NCBI GenBank assembly: GCA_051439605.1
Contig: JBFRWN010000060.1
Span: 1 to 39,651, forward strand
From: Synechococcus sp.
GTDB taxonomy: Bacteria > Cyanobacteriota > Cyanobacteriia > Thermostichales > PCC-7336
Length of the DNA stretch: 39,651 nucleotides
Reading direction: 5' to 3'
Shown here: piece by piece, positions 1 to 10,969 of the stretch
How the letters are laid out: each line of letters starts with the position of its first letter
Numbering within the stretch: position 1 is the first letter of the stretch
The notes under the pieces: model-generated
Told to the model about the DNA's origin: nothing
Databases searched by the model: none
What the model saw: the letters and a program-made list of their open reading frames with translations, nothing else
Translations under genes and position numbers: made by a program

Positions 1-126
1 TGGCTATGAACTTCGTGAGGATTGTGGATTGGTTGAATGGCCAACTTCATGCCGAGACTCGAACCTCACGATTTGCGGCTCTGAATCCAGCTGCTCAAGC
101 CTCATGAGCACTTCGCCAACAGTATC
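1..126 (+). mobile_element. Right end of an IS1182-like insertion sequence (runs off the window)
   Basis: The + frame from base 3 reads AMNFVRIVDWLNGQLHAETRTSRFAALNPAAQAS* (stop 105-107), resembling the C-terminus of IS1182-family transposases. TTCGCCAACAGTATC (112-126) follows as a plausible terminal inverted repeat, exactly where the VOC reading frame loses family character. Confidence 0.7.
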
Positions 127-609
127 AGTAACTTCCCTTAAACCACAGGGGTGGTTGAGGGGTTGAGCGCGATCGGTTGGCAGGTTATCGGATCGCCGGC
201 CAAATGGACTCCAAAACAGGAAGGGTTCCATCAGCTGCCCTGAATTTGTGGCTACGGGGATTGTGACGCTAGGCGGCAGGTAGGGTGGACAGTAGTTCCA
301 GTATTCGAAGGGGATCTCTGTCGGGTCATCCCCCCGAACCCCTATACCAAAGGGGCATGCGGAGCTTTTGCGATCGCGCCATCGCTCCCATAATCCGGTT
401 CGCTTGACGACGTTGGACTGGGTTTCTGCAGGCGTATGCACCCACAGCAGCTCTAACATGAAACTGTGAAAGAAGAATCTGCGGTTGGCTGTACCTTGTC
501 CGGGGTGACTATTGCTCGATCCTTCCAACAGACCGAAGGACAAGAGTTGCTTGGCGCAATCTGCTCCTGTGTCCGTAAAAATAAATAAGTGGTCGAGTTC
601 CAAAGTCAC
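127..609 (-). pseudogene. VOC/glyoxalase-like family gene interrupted after ~161 codons by the IS
   Basis: N-terminus LDHLFIF...HPGQGTANRRFFF...LELLW is typical of the glyoxalase-like VOC family. After LREVT the ORF (4..609) reads into the IS end (DTVGE...). Confidence 0.7.
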
Positions 610-707
610 AATCGACCTCTCTCAGCCGTTAATCAGTCAATCCAAAAACAATTCTGACTGGCCACTCCAATTCTGACTGGACTATATCCACAAAAACCAA
701 GCGGTCG

Positions 708-1166
708 TTAGTGGAGCCATAAGGGCATCGTGGCACAGGCAAAGATGGAACCCAGCACTGCCCCTGCAATCACCTGAATGGGGGTGTGCCCTAGCAATTC
801 CTTGAGTCGTCCTTCGCTAAACTGATGCTTCTCTCCGAATAGCTCGTCCATCATTTTGTTAAGGACTCTGGCCTGTTTCCCTGCAGCCTGTCGAATGCCG
901 GCCGCATCGTACATAACGATAAAGGCAAAGACCACTGAAACTGCAAACAGAGTGCTGTTCCAGCCATCATGCAAGCCAATCCCAGCGGCTAGAGCAGTCA
1001 CCAAAGCTGCGTGTGAACTGGGCATCCCTCCTGTTTCCACCAACACCCGAAAGTCAATCCGACCCGATTCAAAATAGCGAATAATGAGCTTCAAAGCTTG
1101 CGCCAGCAAACTGGATAGGAGTGCCATCCACAACAGTCGGTTGGCAAACAACTCCTCCAACATCAT
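708..1166 (-). CDS. Divergent PAP2 family protein (DUF212)
   Basis: GGMPSSH, YDAAGIR and LKELLGHTP motifs. AGGAG precedes the ATG at 1166. It lies directly after crtE, as is usual in cyanobacteria. Confidence 0.92.
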   Translation of the reverse strand: MMLEELFANRLLWMALLSSLLAQALKLIIRYFESGRIDFRVLVETGGMPSSHAALVTALAAGIGLHDGWNSTLFAVSVVFAFIVMYDAAGIRQAAGKQARVLNKMMDELFGEKHQFSEGRLKELLGHTPIQVIAGAVLGSIFACATMPLWLH

Positions 1167-1185
1167 CCAACTCCTGCAATGTGGG

Positions 1186-2094
1186 CTAGTGAGTACGGCT
1201 GCCAATATAGTCAGCAATTGCTTTGAGGGGCATCGCGCGATCGCCGTAAGGGGCCACAATGTCTTTGGCATGGGCGATCAGATCGGCGGCCTTTTGGCGG
1301 GCACCGTCTAATCCCAACAGGCTGGGATAGGTGGCCTTTTCGGCCACTAAATCTTTACCAGCGGTTTTACCCAACTGCTCGCTCGTAGCTGTGACATCGA
1401 GGATGTCATCCACCACCTGAAAGGCCAGACCAATATCGCGGGAGTAGGCGGTGAGACGATTGACTGTCTCGGTATCGGCCCCCGCCAGAATCGCCCCAGA
1501 AACCACCGAGACTTCTAGCAGAGCCCCTGTCTTGTGGGCGTGAATGAACTCTAAGGTTTCCAGACTGACCTGTTTTCCTTCCGATTGCAGGTCAACCACC
1601 TGTCCGCCCACCAGACCTTCGGCAGCTACGGCTCGGCCTAGACGACCCACAACGTTGAGAATGCGCACTGGGTCAACATTCTGGGTGCGCTCGGCCACTA
1701 CTTCAAAGGCATAGGCGAGCAGAGCATCCCCAGCTAAGATGGCAATGTCATCGCCGTATACCTTGTGGTTAGTGGGTTTTCCACGGCGGACATCGTCGTT
1801 ATCCATCGCGGGTAAATCGTCGTGGATTAACGACATGGTGTGGATCATTTCTAGCGCGCAGGCAGTGGGAATCAACTGCTCTTGCGTTCCCCCCACCATT
1901 TCCCCGGAGGCCAGACAGAGGATGGGGCGCAGGCGCTTTCCACCAGCCATCAAGCTGTAACGCATTGATTCGTAAAGGATTTCAGGGAATGCCACTGGCA
2001 TAGTTGCCAGCAATGCCCCTTCGACAGTCGTTCGACGAGCGGCAAGATATTCTGTCAGGTTAAAGGTATCGACAGCCAACGTCACAATCCTCAC
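1186..2094 (-). CDS. crtE: Geranylgeranyl diphosphate synthase (exact start uncertain)
   Basis: GGKRLRP, first aspartate-rich motif [16 protein letters not shown], second motif [16 protein letters not shown]. Confidence 0.95.
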   Translation of the reverse strand: MRIVTLAVDTFNLTEYLAARRTTVEGALLATMPVAFPEILYESMRYSLMAGGKRLRPILCLASGEMVGGTQEQLIPTACALEMIHTMSLIHDDLPAMDNDDVRRGKPTNHKVYGDDIAILAGDALLAYAFEVVAERTQNVDPVRILNVVGRLGRAVAAEGLVGGQVVDLQSEGKQVSLETLEFIHAHKTGALLEVSVVSGAILAGADTETVNRLTAYSRDIGLAFQVVDDILDVTATSEQLGKTAGKDLVAEKATYPSLLGLDGARQKAADLIAHAKDIVAPYGDRAMPLKAIADYIGSRTH

Positions 2095-2366
2095 AAGGCT
2101 CTATCGAATGGGTTTCCCACAGGTCATGCTATCGCAGTGGTGGTATTGGCCCACCAGGCTGTCATTATCTCACGCGTTGAGGCGCTCCGATGGCATCTCT
2201 CCAATGAAGGAGTTTTGCAAATTGAAGCCGCCCAGTGGTGGGTTAGTTCTTTATTGGGGAAGACTTGACTGTCGCGATAGAAAGGCACATGAAAAACCAA
2301 CAGCAACAGTAAGCAGTCATGAGTTGTGCTGCTTAAAGCTTTCATGGCTGGATTGCATTCCCTGCG

Positions 2367-3842
2367 CTATTTGTGGCGAATGCTCTCGTAGATCTCGACA
2401 TACTCGCCCCCCGGTAGGTTCCAGGAGTAGTCGTATTCCATCCCCTGTAGGGCTAACTGCTTGAACTCTTCAGGTTCTTTGTAGTAAAGATTGATCGCTC
2501 GTCCTAGAGCAGATTCGAGGGCGCTGTAATCTGCGTCGTAGAATACAAAACCGTTGCGCTCTTCAGCAGGCTTATCGGTATCGAAATCGCGATCGAAAAC
2601 CGTGTTGAGCAGGCCGCCCACTCCGCGTACCACCGGGACGGTGCCGTATTTAAGCCCGATCATTTGGGTGAGACCGCAGGGTTCGAAATTGCTCGGGACA
2701 ACGATGATGTCAGACCCCGCATAGATCAGGTGGGCCAGTTCGGCATCGAAAGCGATTTCTAAGTGAGCGTTAGGGTTGTCGTTGAGATGCTGCTTCTCAG
2801 CCCAGAAATGATCGTTGATGTTCTGCTCGGTGGCTGACCCTAGCAGAACAAATTGAGCGTTTTTGAACAGCGTATAGTATATGGCGTGGTGCACTAGATG
2901 TACGCCCTTCTGGCGATCGAGGCGACCGATGAAGCTAATGATGGGCTTGTTGCAATCCTGCAGCAGCAAGCGATCGCGCAGCACTTTTTTATTCAGGGCT
3001 TTACCACTGAAGTCAGCTTTACTGAAGTGGTGGGGAATTTGCTTGTCAACTTCCGGATTCCAGAAGTCGTAGTTGATTCCGTTCAGGACCCCGCTAAATT
3101 TGTCCTGATGTTGGTGCAGGGTGTGGCCCAAACCGTAACTGATGTCCGTGTAACGGGCCTCCCAAGCATGGTGGGGGGAGACAGTGGTGACGTGATTAGA
3201 GTAGACGATCCCCCCCTTCATGTAATTGATAGCGAAAGGGTTGAAGTTGTCCTGCAGGCGGTCCTCGCTAAAGTAGTAGGATTCGCGGTTGAGGCCGGTG
3301 GCATGAAGGGTTTTGACACCGCCGATGCCCTGGTGCTTGAAGTTGTGGATGGTGTAGCAGACGCGCTGATTGTCCATCCCCTGGTACTTGTACATTTCGT
3401 ACAGCAGGACGGGGACAAGACCCGTTTGCCAGTCATGGCAATGGATAATGTCGGGACGCTTGTTAGTTTGCAGCAGAAATTCTAATGCGGCCTTGCTAAA
3501 AAAGGCGAAGCGCATTTCATCGTCATCGCTGCCGTAGTAATGGCCGCGATCGAAGTAGAAATCATCGGAATGGGACTCGATGAAGAAACAGACTTGGCCG
3601 TGTACCCATCCGCAATAGACTGAACAGTGGATGGCTCCACCGTACCAAGGTACCCACAGATCTTTATAGGCGTCGTGCAGCCCCCAAATTTGGTCGTAGC
3701 GCATACAGTCATACTTCGGCAAAATCAGCTCGACGGTATGACCGCGCATGTCTAACTCGCGGCTGAGGCCGTAGACGACATCGCCCAATCCCCCTGCTTT
3801 GATGACGGGGGCGCATTCCGATGCAATCTGAACGATGTACAT
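2367..3842 (-). CDS. glgA: Glycogen synthase (GT5)
   Basis: MYIVQIASECAPVIKAGGLGDVV (KxGGL), HCHDWQT, EPCGLTQM. Confidence 0.96.
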   Translation of the reverse strand: MYIVQIASECAPVIKAGGLGDVVYGLSRELDMRGHTVELILPKYDCMRYDQIWGLHDAYKDLWVPWYGGAIHCSVYCGWVHGQVCFFIESHSDDFYFDRGHYYGSDDDEMRFAFFSKAALEFLLQTNKRPDIIHCHDWQTGLVPVLLYEMYKYQGMDNQRVCYTIHNFKHQGIGGVKTLHATGLNRESYYFSEDRLQDNFNPFAINYMKGGIVYSNHVTTVSPHHAWEARYTDISYGLGHTLHQHQDKFSGVLNGINYDFWNPEVDKQIPHHFSKADFSGKALNKKVLRDRLLLQDCNKPIISFIGRLDRQKGVHLVHHAIYYTLFKNAQFVLLGSATEQNINDHFWAEKQHLNDNPNAHLEIAFDAELAHLIYAGSDIIVVPSNFEPCGLTQMIGLKYGTVPVVRGVGGLLNTVFDRDFDTDKPAEERNGFVFYDADYSALESALGRAINLYYKEPEEFKQLALQGMEYDYSWNLPGGEYVEIYESIRHK

Positions 3843-3977
3843 TGCCAGTCCTCTACACACGCCTTCATAAAAGTTCATTTCTTGTGATTCAGTCAAGCGG
3901 AAGTTAACAGCCTAGAAGTCGCGATAGACCGTTCAATGGAGGAAATCGCTACATATCTAGCCGGATAAGGAGTATTC

Positions 3978-5459
3978 GTGGTTGCCTCTCTTTCTTCGAT
4001 TGCTCTTCCGGAGTTGCGCTCTCAGTTGCCGAATCTTTGTGGCTGGGAATGCGAGCTGAAGAGGGCAACAAAGCGAGACGATCCAGTGTGGTTGCCGGAT
4101 ACCAACCTGCGTTTAGAGCAGATCCGATCGGGGTTTGCCTGCGCTTTGCACATGCACCAACCCACCATTCCAGCATGGAAAAACGGCGAGTTGATTGGAA
4201 ATCTGCAGCGCATGTTCGAGCATCCCCACGATGGGGACAACCACAATGCGGGGACATTTGCCTATTGCTACAGCCGTATGGGTGAGTTTATTCCCGAGCT
4301 GGTGGCGAATGGCTGCAATCCCCGCATCATGTTGGATTACTCGGGCAATTTGCTGTGGGGACTGCGGCAAATGGGGCGTCACGACGTGTTGGACTCCTTG
4401 AAGCGCATTACCTGCGATCGCCAATATTGGCCCTACGTAGAGTGGCTGGGGACGATGTGGAGCCACGCGGTAGTGCCCTCCACCCCCATTCCGGATATCA
4501 AACTGCACATTCAAGCTTGGCAGCATCACTTCGCCGCCATCTTTGGTTGGGAGGCGCTGCAGCGGGTGAAAGGGTTTTCTCCACCTGAGATGCATTTACC
4601 CAACCATCCCGACACGCTGTACGAGTATGTCAAAGCATTGAAGGACTGCGGCTACCGTTGGTTGATGGTGCAGGAGCATTCGGTGGAGCGGTTCGACGGC
4701 TCCCCGTTGCATCACGATGAGAAATACATTCCCAACCAACTGGTGGCACGCAATTCCCGAGGGGAAACCGCTAGCATAACGGCGTTGATTAAAACGCAGG
4801 GCTCCGATACAAAGCTAGTAGCCCAAATGCAGCCCTATCACGAGGCCAAGGGGCGCGGACGGCAGCGGCTCGGTTCTGTTGAAGTTCCCTCGCTGGTGAC
4901 CCAAATTGCGGATGGCGAGAATGGCGGGGTGATGATGAACGAATTCCCCCGTGATTTCCCTCCCGTTTGGTATCAGTTGCGGGACGGTGCTGATGGAGTA
5001 GCCGGTATTAATGGCACCGAATATCTGGAGCTGCTGGAAGCTGCGGGGGTGCAAGAGGCAGATTTTCCCCATTGTCAGGCGGTGGGTCAGCACAAGATTT
5101 GGCAGCAGGTTCCTCACGAAAGTGTGACACCAGAGGCGGTGGAAGCCGCGATCATCCACCTCAAGCAGAGCGACCATCACTTTCATATGGATGGCGCCTC
5201 ATGGACCAATGACTTGAGCTGGGTCAAAGGCTATGAAAACGTGCTGGAGCCGATGAACCAACTGAGCGCAACCTTTCATGAGCGATGGGACCAACCGGTG
5301 CAGGAGAACCCCGAGGTGACGAAATCGGAGGAATACCTGCGATCATTGCTGTACAACTTGCTGTTGCAAACCAGCTGTTTTAGGTATTGGGGGCAGGGGA
5401 CTTGGACGGACTATGCTCGCGAAATTTTTCGGCGGGGGATGGAGCTGACGCAGAGTTAA
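3978..5459 (+). CDS. Glycoside hydrolase family 57-like protein
   Basis: LHMHQP, GFSPPEM and DGENGG motifs. AGGAG precedes the GTG start. Divergent from glgA. Confidence 0.85.
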   Translation: MVASLSSIALPELRSQLPNLCGWECELKRATKRDDPVWLPDTNLRLEQIRSGFACALHMHQPTIPAWKNGELIGNLQRMFEHPHDGDNHNAGTFAYCYSRMGEFIPELVANGCNPRIMLDYSGNLLWGLRQMGRHDVLDSLKRITCDRQYWPYVEWLGTMWSHAVVPSTPIPDIKLHIQAWQHHFAAIFGWEALQRVKGFSPPEMHLPNHPDTLYEYVKALKDCGYRWLMVQEHSVERFDGSPLHHDEKYIPNQLVARNSRGETASITALIKTQGSDTKLVAQMQPYHEAKGRGRQRLGSVEVPSLVTQIADGENGGVMMNEFPRDFPPVWYQLRDGADGVAGINGTEYLELLEAAGVQEADFPHCQAVGQHKIWQQVPHESVTPEAVEAAIIHLKQSDHHFHMDGASWTNDLSWVKGYENVLEPMNQLSATFHERWDQPVQENPEVTKSEEYLRSLLYNLLLQTSCFRYWGQGTWTDYAREIFRRGMELTQS

Positions 5460-5525
5460 GTGACGGAGAAACAGCGCCACGGCAAGATTCCCTCATGCAC
5501 TGGGAGCTGCCCCTGGGCTGTCTAC

Positions 5526-5813
5526 CTACTTAACGCCGTAGTAGAAGGCGATTTCTTTGTCTTTAAGCGGCGCAAATTCTGCGTCGAGAAGTTTCTGGTT
5601 CAGTTCAGCTTGAGGCAGATGTTTGGCTCCAATACGCACAATGCGGGAGCGCATGCTGTTGGTGACGCCACTGCGCTTGCGGTTGGCCTCGTATCCCATA
5701 ACTTCGTTATATAGATTCAGCTTGTCTGCAGGAATGGGTGTCCCATCTAAATCTTCCCCGCGAGCGATCGCCGCATCAACTGCCTCAGCACCACTCAAAG
5801 AGTGTTCGGACAT
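5526..5813 (-). CDS. Ssr1528/DUF4090 family small protein
   Basis: SGAEAVDAAIARGEDLDGTPIP...RSGVTNSMRSRIVRIGAKH...LKDKEIAFYY matches the recalled cyanobacterial family. Confidence 0.88.
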   Translation of the reverse strand: MSEHSLSGAEAVDAAIARGEDLDGTPIPADKLNLYNEVMGYEANRKRSGVTNSMRSRIVRIGAKHLPQAELNQKLLDAEFAPLKDKEIAFYYGVK

Positions 5814-6366
5814 TGGAACCAACCTCGGATCAATCGTATAAACCTCTGGGTCTCAATCTAAACGACCGACCCTACCGACGAAAAGCAATTGGGACTCTGG
5901 CACATGAGACTGTGGGGTTTATATAAAGTTGTGCAACAACCATCGGTTTAGCTCAAGCTGATGCGGATTGGAAGTAATCACGGACATTTATCCTAATTGA
6001 TTGTTTGCCAAATCGAGACCTAGACGACGGTGCATTTTTAGCGCCGCTGACTTCTTTAAATGTGTTGAGGCAGCAATCGATCGCCCCTATTATCCGAATG
6101 GACTAACTGGTAGGGGCAGGGAGTTCGCTAGAGCTTGCCATCTGTCGAACAAGAATTAGTGTTACTACCCCTAATACTGTCGAAATTAAAAGTAAAGAGA
6201 TTAATTTGCGCATCGCAGGATAATTGGAGCAAGGGATCTCCAGAGAGCCTATCCACTTAAGAGGGCAATCTGGCTCCCACTCAACAGAAATACAAGATCC
6301 CATCACCCTCCAGATTGTATGTAGACCTTCACGAGGGATAAGTGGATTGCATTGGAGTGTCTCACC

Positions 6367-7656
6367 GTGGCAAACAGTCTGTTTTCCCAAGCTAGACAGC
6401 AATTAGAAAAACCGCTGCAGTACGTGACGTTGCCAGATGAAACGCTGGAAATGTTGAAATATCCCAAGGCATCCCTCACTGTCTCAATTCCGGTACGGAT
6501 GGATGATGGTTCGCTGCAGGTATTTCAGGGGTATCGGGTGCGCTACAGTACCGTGCGCGGTCCAGCCAAAGGAGGCATTCGATATCACCCCAATGTCACC
6601 CTAGACGAAGTGACCAGTTTGGCTTTTTGGATGACCTTTAAGTGCGCCGTACTGGATATCCCTTTTGGTGGCGCGAAGGGAGGTGTAACGTTAGATCCCA
6701 AAGCTCTGTCAAAGTTCGAGCTAGAGCGACTCAGTCGCGGTTACATCGACGCGATCGCCGATTTTATCGGTCCCGATGTAGACATTCCTGCCCCCGATGT
6801 CTACACCAACCCCACCATCATGGGCTGGATGGTAGATCAGTACAGCACCATTCGCCGCTACTTGCTGCCAGCTGCCATCACCGGCAAGCCTCTAGCAATG
6901 GGGGGCAGCCTGGGCCGCAACGAGGCTACTGCGCGTGGAGCGTTCCACGTAATGAATACTTTGCTGCCTAAGTTCGATCGCTACCCTGCTTACACCACGG
7001 TGGCAATTCAGGGGTTCGGCAATGCTGGTGCCATTTTGGCCGAACTGCTATTTCATGCCGGATATAAAATAGTGGCCGTCAGCGATTCTCGAGGGGGCAT
7101 CTACGCTCCCCAGGGCCTCGACATTCCCAGCATTCGCTATCAAAAAGAGCATTCCCGTAGGCTGGAAGCAGTCTATTGTGAAGGCAGCGTCTGCAATCTC
7201 GTCGATAGTGCACAGATTACGAATGAGGAATTACTAGAGCTGGATGTGGATGTGCTAGTCCCAGCTGCTTTAGAAAATCAGATTCGAAAGGACAACGCTC
7301 CCCGCATTCGAGCTAGGTTTGTGTTTGAAGTGGCCAATGGCCCAGTGACTCCGGCAGCGGATGAAATCTTAGAACAGCACGGCGTGTTTGTGGTGCCAGA
7401 TATTTTAGTGAATGCCGGTGGTGTGACGGTTAGCTATTTTGAATGGGTGCAAAACCGAGCCGGCCAATATTGGTCGGAGGAAGAGGTGAATAGCCGGCTC
7501 AAAACCAAGATGGAAAGCGAATCAGAATTTGTTTATCAGCTCAGCAAACATAAGCAAACTTCCTTCAGAACGGCCGCTTACGTACACGCCATTGAGCGGC
7601 TGAATGCAGCGATCTCCGCTAGAGGCACTAGGAGTTATTACTTGCGATCGACGTGA
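6367..7656 (+). CDS. gdhA: Glu/Leu/Phe/Val dehydrogenase (glutamate dehydrogenase)
   Basis: GPAKGGIRYHP, PFGGAKGG, DIPAPDV, QGFGNAG, NAGGVTVSYFEW. GGAG precedes the GTG at 6367. Confidence 0.93.
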   Translation: MANSLFSQARQQLEKPLQYVTLPDETLEMLKYPKASLTVSIPVRMDDGSLQVFQGYRVRYSTVRGPAKGGIRYHPNVTLDEVTSLAFWMTFKCAVLDIPFGGAKGGVTLDPKALSKFELERLSRGYIDAIADFIGPDVDIPAPDVYTNPTIMGWMVDQYSTIRRYLLPAAITGKPLAMGGSLGRNEATARGAFHVMNTLLPKFDRYPAYTTVAIQGFGNAGAILAELLFHAGYKIVAVSDSRGGIYAPQGLDIPSIRYQKEHSRRLEAVYCEGSVCNLVDSAQITNEELLELDVDVLVPAALENQIRKDNAPRIRARFVFEVANGPVTPAADEILEQHGVFVVPDILVNAGGVTVSYFEWVQNRAGQYWSEEEVNSRLKTKMESESEFVYQLSKHKQTSFRTAAYVHAIERLNAAISARGTRSYYLRST

Positions 7657-7695
7657 ATACATCCACAGAATTCGTTTTTGGAGATGTCAATGGAG

Positions 7696-7711
7696 TGAGA
7701 TGAGACTCACA
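7696..7711. promoter_or_regulatory. Possible CRP-family binding site
   Basis: TGAGA-TGAGAC-TCACA matches 9 of 10 positions of TGTGA-N6-TCACA, in the intergenic region before the methyltransferase. Confidence 0.25.
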
Positions 7712-8137
7712 AATCAACTGGACATGTCGGCACTTTAATCTTTATAGGCACATTCCTCACGCCCAAAAGATCAACATCATTTTTTAAAAATCATTAACAC
7801 AGGTAGATCCTTACTTCCAAACTGAGCTAACAATAAATCAGTAGCTAAAAAATAATTTAAAGTCAATGAGTTGTGAACGCCTCTTAAGCCTGCTTATTTT
7901 TATCAACCTCCTCAATAGTTCGCCACATTCAGAGTCATAAAGTGGGTCACTCGAATCAAGCTTGGATACAACTGCTCTTGAAGACTTAAGGTTTCATCCA
8001 ATAACATTTTCAGTAAGAGCAATTCAAGCTTAACTTATATGTTCTATAAAAATCATTCTTTATTTCTTTCCATCTTATTTTAGTAAATTGTCTCTATTCT
8101 TGTTGCGCGGCATTTTTGATAGGGATTGCGAAAGAAA

Positions 8138-9217
8138 ATGTTCTCAGACTTTAGCAGATATATTTTTCTATTTCCGGAGATTATTTTACTTGGCCCAAGT
8201 TTCGCTAGATTTCTCTTTTGGGCTCGAAGCACAGATATTTTAGATTCACAAGTCGTCTGGAAGCGTTTTACAAAACCTGGACATCCTTTGTACGAATGGT
8301 TTCTAGAAAACTATCCACCTGGATTTATCAGAAAACTTTGGTCTGATATTTATCCGGTTCTGAGAGATCGAGCTTCTGGAGTTGCAAAACACTACGATAT
8401 CTCTAATGAGTTTTATAGGCTTTTCCTAGATAGGAAGTACATGTTCTATACATGCGCAGATTTTTTGGACAGGGATGATTCCATTGAGGATGCCCAAGAG
8501 AATAAAGCTAACTTTATCCTCAATCTTATAGAGCCCCAGCCGGGGGAAAGAATTCTCGATCTAGGTTGCGGATGGGGTGCAATGTTAAAAAAGATCTATG
8601 ATGTGACTGGAGAGAAAGATAACCTTAAGGGATACACCTTATCTGTTGAGCAGAAGAGATTCATTGATGAAAACTATGGTTTTGATGTTGAATTGATAGA
8701 TGTTGTTACAGCTGAATATGGAGTTGCTTGCTGGGATAAGATCTTTTCGATTGGCTGTACTGAACATGTTCCTAAATCTGAACTAATACCTCTTGCGAAG
8801 AAATTAGCAGCAGCAATCAAGCCCGAGGGTAAGTTAGTTCATCATTTTTTCTGTCAAATGAATGCAATCCCCCCGGCAAGATTGCTTGTTTGTGGTGCAG
8901 AACTCTTTCCAGGCGTTGAACTCTCATCTCTTAAAGAACACTTAGATTCCTTTGAGCAGGCGGGTTTAAGGACTGTCCATCACTCTGTACATGACTATAG
9001 GCCGACGTTAAAGGCTTGGTTCGATCGCCTAGTTGAAAATCAAGAAGCTGCCATCCAACTGGTGGGAGTACAAACCTATAATAAGTATCTGTGTTACTTA
9101 GCAGAAGCATGGCGCTTATTTAATGACCGGGATTTAATGCTCGTGCGGTTTGTACTCCAACGGCAGGATGCCCCTATTGCCTGGAAATCATCGCTTTACA
9201 AGGAGAAATCAGAGTAA
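8138..9217 (+). CDS. SAM-dependent methyltransferase, cyclopropane fatty acid/mycolic acid synthase family
   Basis: HYDISNEFYRLFLD...YTCA...AQENK, LDLGCGWG, TLSVEQ, SIGCTEHV, DYRPTLKAW. Confidence 0.88.
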   Translation: MFSDFSRYIFLFPEIILLGPSFARFLFWARSTDILDSQVVWKRFTKPGHPLYEWFLENYPPGFIRKLWSDIYPVLRDRASGVAKHYDISNEFYRLFLDRKYMFYTCADFLDRDDSIEDAQENKANFILNLIEPQPGERILDLGCGWGAMLKKIYDVTGEKDNLKGYTLSVEQKRFIDENYGFDVELIDVVTAEYGVACWDKIFSIGCTEHVPKSELIPLAKKLAAAIKPEGKLVHHFFCQMNAIPPARLLVCGAELFPGVELSSLKEHLDSFEQAGLRTVHHSVHDYRPTLKAWFDRLVENQEAAIQLVGVQTYNKYLCYLAEAWRLFNDRDLMLVRFVLQRQDAPIAWKSSLYKEKSE

Positions 9218-9425
9218 TTGTACAAGCTGTCTAATAAGCCCGCTAATTTTATCAAGGAACTCACTAGCTATCACAGGCAACTATAACAGCACTCAATCTG
9301 TCGTGAACTCTGAAAGTGGCTGGTTCCATTCCTGTTAAGAATCGACAGTTATAAGACATCAAGAATTTCAATAGTTCTCACAGTTGAAAATAGGAATAAG
9401 GTAACTCGCACTGAGATAAAAGGCT

Positions 9426-10421
9426 ATGGAATACTACGAGACTATTGTTGTCGGAGCTGGGCCAGCCGGTAGTAGTTGTGCTTGGCAACTCAAACGTAAT
9501 AAGCGTGAAGTATTAGTGCTTGACAAGCAGTCTTTTCCACGGTTGAAACTATGTGCTGGCTGGATTACTTCCAAGGTGATGGAAAATCTGGAATTTTCCC
9601 CGCGTGATTATCCTCATTCCCTCCTGGAAATGAAAACAAAAATGTATATAGCTCCCTTTCCCTTTCCTCTGGGTCGTTGGCCTACCCGATGGGCAGACTA
9701 TTCCATTCGCCGCATTGAGTTCGATCGCTGGTTGCTGGAACGTTCCCAGGCTCCTGTAAAAACTCATAAAGTAAAAAATATAGAAAAGCAAGGAGATCTT
9801 TATGTTATCGATGGTAAGTACCAGTGCAAGTATTTGGTAGGGGCTGGAGGTACAGGTTGTCCCGTTAGGAGATTCTTTTTTCCCCGACAGCGTGACAAGG
9901 AAGAAAAAATAGTCACTTTAAACCAAGAATTGAAATATCCCCAACGAGATGATACCGCCTATATCTTTTTCTGTGAACATGGGTTGAAGGGATATTCATG
10001 GTATATCCCGAAAGGAGATGGTTATCTCAATATTGGTCTTGGCGGATTTAGTTCTTACTTTAAAAGATCGAAAACTAACATTCACACTCATTTCCAATGG
10101 TTCCTCGAAAATCTTATTAAACGCGGCTTACTCGATGAGCACACAGCCCAGAAATTGAAAGTTCAGGGTTATGCCTACTATTTATTTAGGAGGAGGGGAG
10201 GGGTGAAGAAAAATAACTGCTTTTTGATCGGAGATTCAGCCGGATTGGCCACAATCGATATGGGTGAAGGAATTAGCCCGGCTATCGAGAGTGGATTGTT
10301 GGCAGCAGAGGAAATTCTTGGCCAAAGGCAATACAATCAGCAAGCTGTCTCCAGGTTGAGCCTGAACCCCTCATTCCAATGGATACAAACCATTTGGAGC
10401 TATATCTGGTGCCAAAGTTGA
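9426..10421 (+). CDS. FAD-dependent oxidoreductase, geranylgeranyl reductase-like
   Basis: VGAGPAG, FPRLKLCAG, RxEFDxWL, GYSWYIPKG, IGDSAG...GEGISPA. Confidence 0.88.
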   Translation: MEYYETIVVGAGPAGSSCAWQLKRNKREVLVLDKQSFPRLKLCAGWITSKVMENLEFSPRDYPHSLLEMKTKMYIAPFPFPLGRWPTRWADYSIRRIEFDRWLLERSQAPVKTHKVKNIEKQGDLYVIDGKYQCKYLVGAGGTGCPVRRFFFPRQRDKEEKIVTLNQELKYPQRDDTAYIFFCEHGLKGYSWYIPKGDGYLNIGLGGFSSYFKRSKTNIHTHFQWFLENLIKRGLLDEHTAQKLKVQGYAYYLFRRRGGVKKNNCFLIGDSAGLATIDMGEGISPAIESGLLAAEEILGQRQYNQQAVSRLSLNPSFQWIQTIWSYIWCQS

Positions 10422-10735
10422 TCGATCGGTGCGCATCTAACGGTTCGTGGAAGCTCGTTAATCTGGCGAGCGAACCTATACTATGGAGCGTAAAATCCTC
10501 AAAATCTCGCTGAAAAACTCAGGGATGCCGGCTTTCAACATGATATAGTATCGCAGTTATGACGGACATTATAGCTTTATCATAATAGTTTTAATACTAG
10601 ATTATTTAACCTAGAGTAACTGTACATCAAGCAGAGCTAACGATCTATATCACCGTGCTCTTAGAGGTGACCGGCCTCACGAAATCCTCAAAGTATTGCT
10701 TTATCTTATTGAATGGCGTCGGTTGGTTTCTTGTG

Positions 10736-10969
10736 ATGGCAACGCTCAAACCTCTCAAGGGTATTTTACTAATTGATTGTGCTGAAGCAAACCTTGAAAA
10801 TGGACTTCAGGTTGCAACCTATCAATGTGGATACCAAACTGATATTGAAGCCTTTCAATCCGCGCTCTCAGATGCGTGTCATGAGGCTGGAATTGATATT
10901 CATAGTCTGGGTGGGTTAAAGAGACAGGGGGGGATTGAAATATCACCGTCCTCCAGTGGCCAAATCTAG
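10736..10969 (+). CDS. Small hypothetical protein, probably conserved in cyanobacteria
   Basis: LKGILLIDCAEAN...QCGYQTDIEAFQSAL..AC...GIEISP resembles a recalled cyanobacterial hypothetical family. The ATG at 10736 is preferred as start. Confidence 0.6.
   Translation: MATLKPLKGILLIDCAEANLENGLQVATYQCGYQTDIEAFQSALSDACHEAGIDIHSLGGLKRQGGIEISPSSSGQI

Noticed and set aside
5823..6366. NtcA box or glutamine riboswitch between the ssr1528-like gene and gdhA
   Set aside because: No GTA-N8-TAC was found by eye, and there is no riboswitch structure I can support. Only a short palindrome (GTTGT-GCA-ACAAC, 5928-5940) is present.
6103..6402. 99-aa minus-strand ORF with a hydrophobic C-terminal part
   Set aside because: It overlaps the gdhA start and has no recognisable family. 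A short membrane peptide from the internal Met cannot be excluded but is unsupported.
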